Positions 37,763 to 50,171 of a stretch of 64,000 nucleotides of DNA are shown piece after piece. Made by a program: the position numbers and the translations under genes. Each line of letters opens with the position of its first letter. The first letter of the stretch is position 1. The notes under the pieces were generated by a model. The model was not told where the DNA came from and made no database searches. It was given only the letters and a program-made list of their open reading frames with translations. Origin of the DNA: Owenia fusiformis (taxonomy: Eukaryota); NCBI GenBank assembly GCA_903813345.2, contig CAIIXF020000001.1:18290001-18354000 (forward strand), read 5' to 3'.

Positions 37763-40700
37763 GCTTGTGAACAAACTCTTGCTGTCAGAATATTTTTGGG
37801 GTATGATTTGATGCATGAATAATATTTCAACAGTTGTTTAGAATTTGAATGTTTCATCAGATCTTTTTATTATTCTTAATATTTCAAGAGTGTATTTTCG
37901 GGATGATTTTGGACTATTTTGGTATGATTATACTGAGTATCTAGGAGTATTAAGATAATTTCTTGTTTTTGGATATTTTAGCATGAGTGTATCCTTTTAT
38001 GAATCTCTATCAATGGTTGTCAGAATGTTTTGTTTTGAAGTTGGAATTATGCACTCAATATTTTAGTGTACTGTCAACTTACTTTAACTTGGGTATGATG
38101 CCACTTATTTCGTCATTCTTATACTTAAAGGTATATTACACTTCAATTTTTTCTTTGTCTTATGTTGTTGGTTGACTCGTTGGATGCCTTGACGCAGTGT
38201 GTGGTGTACAAAAACTCAGCAAATCCTATTCAAAATGGCCGCCTAAGATACCCTTTCAAAGAACCTTGAAATTGTATGATCTAATATTCATTTATATTTT
38301 CTTAAATTCTGGCCGAATCGCCGTAAGTTATCTGAAACAATTAATCTTATTTTGCAAGTTTAGTTCAAAAATACATTTTGGGTGGACTATTCCTTTAAAC
38401 ATCTTCTTCCGGTAAGGTTTCTCTTTAATTAGTTTAGGATATCTGTCGTCCTATAAACGCGTCTTTTTCTGTTTCTATGATAAAGATAATTATGTAATCT
38501 ATCATTACCAATCAGCAAAATCTATTCATCGATACATGTATTGAACATTACGTGTGATATTGGATTCAGAAACTTCTTAAAACGTACTCCATGACAAACT
38601 CGGGAAAATGAATGGTATAGAAAATGCAATTTTGACCCCTTTGCTTATTGCTTATAATCATAGTTTTTGTGTTCAACCATCTTGTATTTAACTGTTTTTT
38701 GCTCTCTTACAACTACAAGAAAGTTGTAGTTGGACTACAGAGATAAGAAAATTGTTGCAATAACGTAATGGAGTCTAGGGTCGGGATCACCTACATCATT
38801 TGACAACATGTTCAGTATCCATTTTTTAAAGTATTGAGATCCACTCACATAAGTTGATTAATTACACAAAAAATGTCAATGATACACATAAACACTATGT
38901 TGAGCAATTTGTCCTCAGAAAGACACTGGTAAATGCAATACTTTATGAAATATTTCATCATTTATATCGGTTTCAAATATTCATTGATGCATTGATTTTC
39001 TATTGTAATTTTGGTATGGTATTACGTGTCTTATATATACTTTATATAGTCATCAGTTATTAGTTTCATTAGGACAAAATAGTCTTTGCTTTTTCCTTAT
39101 TCCCAATCCCCCTCCTCGTGTGGTTGAATGAAATAACAGTATAACCCTACAATTGTAGCAAAGCCTGTACGGTGATGTTGGGCTTTCGCATGTCTAACTG
39201 ATACCTCATTTAATTTTTTAAAAGTATCTTGAAAATAAGGGATGATAATGTAAATTAAACCACACCTTATACTCTGGACTTCAATGCAAAATCATCCTAA
39301 TTTTATCCTAATTTGTTAATGGTGTATTCTGGTTGAAATATTGAAAATGCATTAGTTTTACGAGGGGAACGATCAGAGATAATATTGCGGCTGTTCTGTG
39401 GGATCGGCAAATATTCCTATCTTCCTTTATAAACTTACTTCAAAGGATTCATATTCATCCTGCTTTCGTTTGTGAAAAGAGATTGCAAACTCGGGAAATG
39501 CCCGCTGACGAGGTACAAAGGCATTAAAATTAGCTGTCATACGAATTCCTGATTCACCATGAAAAATGACTAGAGAGTAAAATGTGAGACAGAAGCCTGC
39601 TCATCCGCTAATAGAATCCAATATGGGCAATTATATCACAGAAAACTCAGTTCCTGCCTTTATTATCATGGCACGTTTCCCATGTACGTGCATAACGAAC
39701 TGGCTAGAATAGACTTAACTCGAAGAAATGACTTTAAAGCGTATGTTAATCAATGCGATAATTAAATTTTAGATTTGATTGATGAATCATTGTCTAAGCT
39801 TTCTATGAATATATAATCACAAAATATGTTGCAGAATTTCCAAACTCCTCAATCTAGCAACTCTGTTCTGGAAATACATTAGTTATTAAGGGTAATCAAC
39901 GGTGGGAAGAATAGGTGTACAAATATTATTAGTATTATGACGTATCTTATCGGTAGCATGCAAACCCGCCATTAGTACCCGTTAGAATTCGTAGATCAGC
40001 TTTGAACATTTTATTATTAGATTATCGATTACACGCTCACTTGACTAATAATTGCATTGTTTCTTGAAGATACAGGTGTTATTCTAATCACTTGATCATT
40101 TAGAATTAAATTTAGATAAACGTATCAAATATACTGGACAAATTCCTGAGCTTGTGGGTCTTGTGTGTCTATTGTTCTTTTAAGCAATGCAGCGGTGTTT
40201 GCCGTATTTCCAGGAATAGTTTCCACATGTTGACTATAAATAAAATGAAAAGAAATAAGAAAAACTCTATAAAATAACTGTAATTGACTTTCCGTATCAT
40301 CAATTTGTCACGTATTACATGTTACGTGTTTTAGGCAGTTTATTAACGAGCTCATATTGATCTGGCCTTGGAAGGCAAATGCTCATTACCATTCACATCA
40401 CTCATATGAAAATACAGGTATTAGCCAACTTATTTTCTTATTTCTTCTGTATGTGCTACATAAATCTGCATTATGCGTTCAGATTGATTGGGACCTCCGA
40501 TCCAATATGTATATGTTACCCCTTTTTGTTATCCTTAATACCTTATCCTTAATGCGTTCAATTCCTCAAGATAATGCCATCTTTAGTTTGCAATGGTAAA
40601 CAGATTGAAAGGACTGGCCATTACGTACACTTACAAAATGAAAATACTTAGCCCATTGGATAAGAAAGCTTGGTTGGATCTTGATTAAAAAAGGTGCAAT

Positions 40701-42859
40701 TAGTGTTTTGACAAATAGCCTGTCTGTGGGGAATGACAAACTACAGTAGACGATCCTATTACATTTGTTTGGAACAAAGTCGAATTGAATTCAACTTAAT
40801 TTCTAGTTACAGAATGTATTACAAAATCCACCGCCTCTCGGAATAGACACAAATGGATTGCTTTTAATAGTGATGAATCTTCCCACATAAAAGCCACAAA
40901 GCCCTACGATTGCTTCTTAGCAAGTTCATTTCCAAATGGATACCAATACGCTTTTTAGGCGTCCCATGTAGTCATGTTACAATATTACTACAATAGGTGA
41001 AACAATTAACTAAATACTGGAATATAGGAACGCGATATATCATTGTTTTAATTTCTCAATGAAATTATACACGAGATTGATGGGTTTTGATAATCATACA
41101 ATGTGTATAATGTTAGATTAAATTTGAAAGCCACTTTTCGTTAATTGCATGCGCTCCATCTCAAATATTGCGTCCATAACATTCCATCATTAATCATAAA
41201 TCCCCGTCTACGAAAGTAGATTAACTAATACCAAAACTACAACAACGATCACCAACTCTGGCCTTATATATTCTAAGCTAAACTGAGTTTTTGGTATAAT
41301 GATGATAACTCTTTGGTATTTTAGATAGAATCATTGTTCACTGTGATGCAGAATAAAAGATGCATAAAGTTGGGACAAAACCTGAATACGAATGTCTTTA
41401 GAACTCAGCCTATAGAGCGTTCCTAATGATCGTACTTTTACAATAGGGCCATCACTGGGTATACGTATTTGTTGACAGAACAGACACACTTGACAACTGA
41501 AAACTTTCGATCGTACAAAAACTTCTCATCGAGTTTTAACAAAATAGAAAGCTGAATCATGAACAATAAGTGACACGATATGAAAAGGCTCAACTTTTTT
41601 CAATACAACAATACATAACATCGTAAATACAGATGCACAACATAATCAAAAGCATTTGCAATTTGACAGTTTAAAACATTAGAGAAGATAGATAACGTTT
41701 TAATAGCTCGGCGTTTACATATACCCCATTCTAATACGTTTCTTAATTGAACAAATACCAATTTAACTAATGTTTTACGAGGATTCGCAATCACTAGATG
41801 AAACATAAATTGCGAATTTTGCATAGAAATATACATACTTGGATATAACCTATATACGAGTTTACCAACAAAATACCTTATACGTGTACCAACTAACTTT
41901 TCTTGAAGCTTTGATAAAATTGACATTTTTGTCTTGAATAAAATTAATGATGGTGGGGCTACAGCCTACCCTAATTTTTCTTCGTCTATCTTTTGCTGCC
42001 ATTGAGGTGTCCCCCAGTCTCCATCGCTCTTATCCGACCCGTTCACCGATAAGATACATTGGCATTCACATACATCTTCAAACAACATGTCACATATTGA
42101 GATACACGCTCCAAAAATGAATACCGCAGATACGTTACGTGATTAATTAGAATACCACCACCAAGTATAGCGTACCTGGACTGCCCGATTTATCGAGCGG
42201 GAATTATTTGGCGAAATCTTGAAATAATTACGGAGGTAAGGCTAATAAATAGTCGGTTATGATTGCTTAATTTTATGTTTGAGTTAGTTTGAGGGTAATC
42301 TCCGGGGTGTCTTTAAACGACAATAAACGAAATACTCATTAACTGGTACGTGACAGATTTTCGTAACCATTCGGTTTTTTCATAAAAACCAATAAAATCA
42401 GGGAGCCAACAATTGTCAGGCTTTTTAAAAGACTTGACCTTGATTTCAGTTTTGTTCACACTAATGATTAGCTCGTGGGATTTTTCCTTCACCCTTTCAA
42501 ACTCACCCCCCCCCCACTCTGTAAAATATTTTCCTTGGATCAACTGGACCCGGATTGTTTCTTTTTTTCTAATCAAAGCACCTTCTCAGATTACAAGAAC
42601 CACTGGGAGAAGTATGTTTTGTGTAATCAAAAACCTTTTATATTTATTTCTTCAATAATTTAGAGCAGGTCTTACGCCTTCAGGGTTAATGATATTTTGA
42701 GGAAATGAGAGTTTGCATTCAAGGTTAGTTTAAGAGAATGAATGTTATGTTGAAGTTTTTACAGGCATATATGGGGGTAAAATGTTGGAAGTAGAAAGTA
42801 AGCATTTCTAAGATCGGTGAAAAAATAACAGTGTAATTGTATTACATTTCACCAATCTA

Positions 42860-43396
42860 CAGGGTGTTTCAAAAAATGCAACCCACCTAACAATGCATAT
42901 CTTTTTAACAAATAGAGTATGACAACTCTTGTTTGACATAATTAAGGTTGGTTTAATGTTCTTTAATTTTCATCACTAGCTTGTGCATGGCCTATTAGCT
43001 GACCAGAACCTGTCCCAAACTTCTGTCATCTTTACAGACTTGCACACTTTGTGTGATGTTAAGTTAATGACGACACATGTGTATTAATTGGAAGATATAG
43101 CTTTTATCCTGAAAGATCGTGTGTATGTCAACAATCCCAGAACCATTTTAGACCTCAAACTAGAGAGTTGACATGGAAGATAAGGATGTTTGCAAGTCTG
43201 TCCCATAGGAGGTGGTAGCCATTTGTAGCGAATTTTATATGGTGAGCAAATGGGTCATACACATGCCACAGTGATGAAACTTGCTCAACACAAAGAATAT
43301 TGATCCAACTTATGCCAAAATAGATATTCAAACGCCATTGGTTAAAATAATATGCATTGCTAGGTATGTGGGTTGCATTTTTTCTGAAACACCCTG
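42860..43396 (+). mobile_element. Internally deleted Tc1/mariner-superfamily transposon
   Basis: TA|CAGGGTGTTTCAAAAAATGCAACCCAC...GTGGGTTGCATTTTTTCTGAAACACCCTG|TA. 43109-43159 translates LKDRVYVNNPRTILDLK, like the segment following the last catalytic Asp of mariner-like transposases. Confidence 0.85.
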
Positions 43397-43499
43397 TATC
43401 TGAATTGTATACTATATACCACTATCTGTATTAATGGACTAAAAATGTGTACGCTGCGTGCAGAGTCTAGTTATAACCTCTCTTTTGAGAAGCGAAGTC

Positions 43500-43815
43500 G
43501 AACGAATGCAAAGGGTACCAAATTTGATCTTATATTTATATGTAAAGGTCACCAAGAGGTTAAATCGTAAGATGATTTTTTAGAATCTCGAGTTTCAAGA
43601 TGACCTTCAATTTGATCTTATATGATCACCAAGATAACTAAGAGGTCAAATTGTAAAATATTTTTTTAAGAAGCTTCCTCCCGAGAGTACAAATTATAGT
43701 TTGAAATGCTTAGAATGCACCATATACAATGTAAAGGTTATGTCCAGGGGACCCCGTTCCCCCACTTTTGGGGCTCGCTTCTCCCACTCCTTGACAATTG
43801 CTTTCTACGCCCCTG
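43500..43815. mobile_element. Degenerate non-autonomous element end (hAT-like CAGGGGCGTAG terminus on minus strand)
   Basis: Ends in CTACGCCCCTG (~43805-43815), preceded by AGAATGCACC...GGGGGACCCC. The other terminus was not found. Confidence 0.4.
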
Positions 43816-46800
43816 CATATGTATGTTTATGATGCATACACATTAATGTCACAAAAGTATGTCAAACGGCAAAATACCCGGCCCGGCAATGAACTACACC
43901 TGAGTTACATTGTGCTATTATTGATCTATCTGTGTAGTAAATGAAAGAAAAAAAACATTTTAATCATATTGACTTAGAAATGTTACTCGTTCCAAGCATA
44001 TACATAAGTTATATGGGTACCATGGCCCATGCAATAGGACGATGACCACGGTAGAGTATAGTGTCTCTTGGAATAACTCCCCCCCCCCCTTCTCGTGATA
44101 AACGACAATATTCCTTTGTTGTTGTTCCTATACGTTAATGTTATATAAATGCTTCAAATAGATCTCTCGTATATGAAAGGGGACTGTATTCTCAGAGGAC
44201 CATTAGTTCTGTTGCATCAGCACTATTGATGGAAACACGAAATAAAAATACATGAGGGAAGTTGTCAAGCGATGAGTGATCATATAGTTTCTATAACTCT
44301 GATACAAACATAACACTAATGGGGTCCCTTTACACAAAAACGCAATTTGACGATCAAGGGTTACAGAATGTGATATGGTGACCCTATTAACGAGGGCCAT
44401 CCTCATTATTGTCACAGGATTTTAGAAGATGTCATTCAGGTCAGTACTGACAGAATATCAATAGAGTTTTGATTTTTTTATAAGTTTCTTTAATGTGGAT
44501 GCGGATATCATGTGTAGAGATACACTCACATTTAGCGACAGCGTAACAGTATTCACTCTGATGAAGGGATAAAAACATATCTACTTATATAAATCTATTT
44601 GTCGCGTTTTTTGTATTTCCATTAAGATATTACGTGATAATTCGCAGTACTGTTGATTGTGCAAATACACAACAGTTTGGGATATTATTAAACCGGATGT
44701 TGAAATTGTTTATGATCCAGACTCTTTGATCTCTGCTCTTTGATCACTACTTTCTGTCCTCCTACTACTGTGGGAATAGAAGGAGGTTTTCACACAAAGA
44801 AATGATGCAAAACTAGTAACTGGATTTGTAGTTTATAAAAGTAAAAAATAAATGTGTACCGTCCCTATCCATATATCTTTCAACATACATTGTAGTCTGA
44901 GTCACGATCTCACTAATTGCGCTTGTCATTGCGTCCAGCCCTTGTGGGGTCCCAGCAATCCTATCTTCAACTGTATCATAAACTGGATGTGCATCCATAT
45001 ATTAGCCAACATTCTGTAAATCGTTTCAAAGTAGTCCATTGTAATTCTTAATGGTTTATTATACCTTGTGTGATTTTCGGCCGCTTTGATTTTGCAACAT
45101 TGCAGTATGTTGACAATGGATGTGTATCTGCCGAGAGGATCACTGAAGGATATTCTTAAATATGACTGAAATACAAGGATTAATGAGATATTTTTTGTGG
45201 TGATTGCGATTGTTTACTAACTTAGGCAATATATGAAGATTCATTGCGTCGCTAATTGTGGTCGATTTGTGTGATATCAGGTTTATTCTAAATTTTGGCA
45301 CCACACGTGCCGATGATGGATATAGTAGGGAGAGGAAGGGGATGTTATTTATTCCTAGCCACATTAACTAATGAATTGCTTTGATCTTCATCAGAGTTTC
45401 ACTTCAATTATGAACCGAGAGTTCTTCGTACACCTTAATGACTTGGTGGTTTTCTGGGGTAACTAACAACACGACCAATTACATTAAATACAAAATGCAT
45501 CTGAGCCCTAGTCTGTTTTGTACCTGCAAAGATCTACACTGTTATTCAATTATGTCCCATTATCTGTGTAATTGATAATCCCTGTTTTGTGATCCCTTGT
45601 CCAAAATGAACAATACAAAAAAGAGCTAGTAATTATTTGTTTTCAAGCGAACGTAGATGAATCTGGTATCATGATAGATGATGAACTGATTCCCAGTCGA
45701 CTTTTGACATGTAATTCATTAGCAGAAACAAAGCTATCCCTTTGACACCCTATCCTGAAACAGTAGCTCTTCTAAAGCAGTTGTTTTATCGGATGGATTA
45801 TTTTAAGAGTTGCATTATTTTCGGATGCTGTTGTAAGAAATCGTTTAGTCAACATCAGTTCGGATTGATGATGCAATGTACACCTGTGACGGTTCAAATA
45901 GCAATTCATTGGATCAAAGTATGTTAAGAGCGATCACTCATATACATCAATGCACGTATACATAAACAAGGCATAAAAGGCAGAAGTTCCTTGCAGTAAA
46001 TCAAGTTACAAGTTATTGTAGTGAACACGAGAATTCACTGCGCTACAATCATACGAGAACGCATTGCACTACAATCATAAACATTGAAGCAAAAACATAT
46101 AAGTTGGTCGAAAGTTGTCCAAAGTCAAGATGAACAACGTCTGATTGAGGGCCCGAACAATTGATCTGCAATTAGTAAGCTATTAAGCCATTTGTAATTA
46201 TCAATCTACTAATGAGGACAAGTTAAGGTATGTTGTGACCCACGGGGGCTATGGACTGTCACCTTCTGTATGACAAACTGCCCTTTCCTCCACATGGAAT
46301 AATCCAGGACTGGATTGATTGCATTGACTTTCAAAGAGATAATAATCAAATGAACTGATTGTTCGGTGGTCAAAAGTGTATCCCCCTAGAAACCGGAAAG
46401 GTCAATGAAAGGGTCAGTGATTCGTAATTTCCTTCTTGGCAAAGTTTTGATCAACTATCCAATAGTATGCATCGTGTGGTTACGGCGAAGAATGCGACTG
46501 GAATCGGGAGTGGAAGGTAGACAATAGATAATCATCCATTATTGAACACATCCACTTTCCAAGACTTGCAAGCTGTAAAGGCAATCCAATGATTCAATAA
46601 ATCAATCCTGTTTGATTTAAAACTCTACAATCGTAGCAATAGTCCTCTAATGCGAGATAAATTCGCAATAATAATCATCAGATGCAATAATAAGATCGGT
46701 TTCATGAGCCCAGACTCACAAATCAAAGTGTAATATGAAGTAAAACGGCTCGTAATCAGTTCCTATTTGTTCGTATTCATTACCAGTCAAGAGGTCAAAC

Positions 46801-47029
46801 CAATTAAAGAGAAAAATGAAGATTTGCAGTGCGAGATTGATAATCGTTCTCGGTGAATTATGAACGGATAAGTCAAGGAATGTGTTGGTAGGTCTCAAGT
46901 TGGAACAATCACAGATGCTACTTGATGTACGGGAGCTCGTTAAACACAAGCAGTTCAATATTCATTAAAATGAATATGTTTTAACCATAAAAGGTTGAAA
47001 AAGCTTGACCCGTATCATTGTTATTACAC

Positions 47030-47283
47030 TTTTAATGAGCAATAATAAACTCTTATGGTTTAAAATTGCCATTTGCGCCATGTCGCTTTCAGTTCACCGC
47101 TAGCATAAATAATCATGCGCCTTTCTCCCGACCTTTCCCCTTTCCAATTGCTCTTCCCGTTTATTGGCTAGTCATAAATCACGTGGTATTCGATCTAAAT
47201 ATAGGGAGGGACTATATACATGATATAGCTTGTAGACGACAAGTAGAGAGAAAAATTATTTGAACCTAAATCAGTCAAAATTA
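47030..47283 (+). promoter_or_regulatory. Hox4/Dfd proximal promoter and 5' UTR
   Basis: ATTGG 47163-47167, TCATAAATCA 47172-47181 overlapping CACGTG 47180-47185, and AAATTAATG at the start codon as typical of Hox4 genes. Confidence 0.65.
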
Positions 47284-47674
47284 ATGATCATGAGTTCGTT
47301 TACTATGAACCAGAGTGGTTATGTGGATCCAAAGTTCCCACCCGGGGAGGAATATGCCCAGCCAAACTACATGTCGGATCAGACTCAGGACTACTATCGC
47401 CAACAAGCTCCTCAAAACTTTTACGGACAGCCCGACGATCGGCGATACACAGAAAACTATGTTCCGGATTATAGTTGTAATGGGGGTATGGCCCAAGGGC
47501 TCCCCACCCATATGCAGCACATGAATGGCATGGGGAACCCTATGCAGGCAATGGGTCTCCTTCACCAGCACCCCGGACATCCACCTGGGGTGGGGCCCGG
47601 TGGCATGGGGTCTCCACAGCATCACAGCGGTCCCATCATATACCCCTGGATGAAGAAAGCACATATGGGGACAG
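47284..47674 (+). CDS. Dfd: Hox4/Deformed exon 1
   Basis: MIMSSFTMNQSGYVDPKFPPGEEY (Hox4 N-terminal signature), hexapeptide IYPWMKK, then donor ACAG|GTAAGG (phase 1). ATG 47290 is an alternative start. Confidence 0.95.
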
Positions 47675-49002
47675 GTAAGGCTCTTAGTAACCTTGTTTCA
47701 AACCATTTCCTGTGACAAGACAGAACATATCTTTATCTGGACATGTCAAAGTACTCTCTTTTTCTAATGGTATAAATTATTAGCTGCTATGATCATAAAT
47801 CAGGCCTAAATGGCTTATAAATTGCTGAACTCCCCCTACTATCATAAAATGAATCGAGAGGAATGTAATTCATGGAAAATGACTAGAATGGCTTGTTTAT
47901 TACTCAAAACCATGGTTAGGATATTAGTTAGCACTTTAGGAGGCTGAAATAAATGAGAATAAGATCAAATAAGGTCTCTCAATACACAGAACATGTTTGT
48001 CAATAGTGTCATCGACTTGTTTCTATGGCAGACAATGCATTATCAATTTAACTATTATTTTATTGTATCTGAAGCTATTGGTATTCAATATGATGAAAAC
48101 ATAATCTGTTTGAAAAGTGGTTCCCTAATGAACCATAAAATCAGTCACTGTGAACTTTTTTATATGAATTCCACAAAATGCATTTCACACTCAAACCCCC
48201 ACAAATCTAGCTGTATAAACAGAGGAATGAATAACTATTTTCCGGGGATAGAATGTTGGATATTGCCATATTAAGTATTATTAGTATTATTATAGCATCA
48301 TATTAAATCAATATTGAAATATAAATACTAAAGAAATAATAAGTTGTATCACACATTATAGATGGCGTAAAGGTATAAGCGAACTATCATTCTACAAGTT
48401 TCTGTGTAAAATGTGCCCTTATATTTGAAGGGTCAGTAATTTTCTATTAAAATCTTTCAATTTTCAAAACGTACTGTTTGCTTGTGAAAAAACCGATGAC
48501 TATCAATGCAGGTGCTGTAAATTCACATTATAAAGTGCATTGAGAATGTAGTGTTTTTTATTCGTTAATGGGCTATGATGAGAAATCATTTAGATAAGCC
48601 AAACGCTCATATCATAAGCTTTTGTATAAACATTCCCATATTGAAATCTAAAACAATGCTTCTTGCTTGCTTGATGAGTCCGTCTTTAAGTACCTACTTC
48701 TCTGCTCCGCATTAAGTACTAGCTAGCCTATTAATTAACTGTATCATCACTACTATGAATTGCATGTTTTATATTAGAATAATAATCACCATAAAGTGTA
48801 ACATATGTCTTCATTGTGGATATTGTTGTGTATGCTAGATTCAACACTCATTTGTAAATACGATTTGCTTGTATGATATTGAAATAGTAATTGGTATATT
48901 CCTTACTATATAACATGCGTTAAGAAGAAATTACTTAACGTTTCAATTGTATAATCAGTGTTATCGTGTCAGTGTTAAAGATGTATGTGTGGTATGTTTC
49001 AG

Positions 49003-49322
49003 CTGCTGTAACCAACATCAAGAATGGAGAAACAAAACGACCAAGAACGGCCTATACGAGGCACCAAATACTGGAACTAGAAAAAGAATTTCACTTCAAT
49101 CGGTACCTGACTCGGAGAAGACGTATAGAAATTGCCCATACTTTGTGTTTAACTGAAAGACAGATAAAGATCTGGTTTCAGAATAGACGAATGAAATGGA
49201 AAAAAGAGCATAAATTACCTAACACTAAAACTAGACTACCTGAGACAGATCCTTTGCACACTGACATACATGGCTTAAGCCCAGATGGGGGACTCAAATT
49301 GGATATCATGACGTCATGTTGA
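49003..49322 (+). CDS. Dfd: Hox4/Deformed exon 2 (homeobox); spliced protein 236 aa
   Basis: tgtttcAG| acceptor in matching phase. Homeodomain [60 protein letters not shown] followed by the Hox4-diagnostic KLPNTK. TGA 49320-49322. Confidence 0.96.
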
Positions 49323-50165
49323 GGGTAAAATGTCTGCAGAATCTCTCACCGTGCTAGAAAGTGTGCGGTGGCTTAAAGCACGACCAAAGGTCACTAAATT
49401 ATTGTTGCCCTCTGTCCAGCCCGCGGAACAGCTCCCGCAGCCCCTTCTAAGATGCTGTACAAAGCTTCAAAGTTGCTTGTAAAACGCTCAGATATATTTA
49501 TAAGTAAGGTGCTGTAGATGTGTTTCGTGTGTAGTAAGATAGATTAAAGATATGATGATATTGACGAAGATGGACTATGTATATTTGATGTTGTTACTTT
49601 ATCTTTGAAGACCTGTATGCGGCTGGACATTGATAAATGTGCCCAGTGCTTTGACGAAGCAACCTTGGGGCGCCAGAGGAACTAGGGATGGGTAGATGTA
49701 TATATTAAACACGTTGATATCACATCAGCGCCATAGCTGACACTATTCTTACATCTGTACATGGGTAGGGGTCGATCATTGTACAGTATACTAGATCCTC
49801 AACTTGACCCTTACCCAGGTAGAACGCCTTAATGCACTGAACCATGACTTACATCCCCAGGAACAGGAAGACAGGGCGATGGGGAATAGAACCCATACTC
49901 TCATTGTGCAATGCGCCCGTTTCCCCGTCTTCTTGTTCTTGGGGTACTTATACTTAAAAGATACTCAACTATTACACCAAGCTCATTTCAGGGTAAATGG
50001 AGCGGCAAAGCTGGCTTGTAAAATGCCTCTGTGATAGACTTCTATCAACAAACGATATGGCTTCTAAATATGTATCTATTCTATACATTCTGTATATTAG
50101 TTCTATTCCATGTTTTATTTCAGTATTCATAGATGAAGAGATGTATTTGTAAAAGTAAAGATATG

Positions 50166-50171
50166 AATAAA
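50166..50171 (+). terminator. Candidate Dfd polyadenylation signal
   Basis: First AATAAA I found after the stop, ~850 nt downstream, preceded by U-rich/TGTA elements. Confidence 0.5.

Noticed and set aside
37591-37857. ORFs with ISYHI repeats
   Set aside because: Translation of a pentanucleotide microsatellite.
47281-47664. Minus-strand 127-aa ORF and alternative-frame ORFs over Dfd
   Set aside because: By-products of the GC-richer Dfd coding exons, with no independent support.
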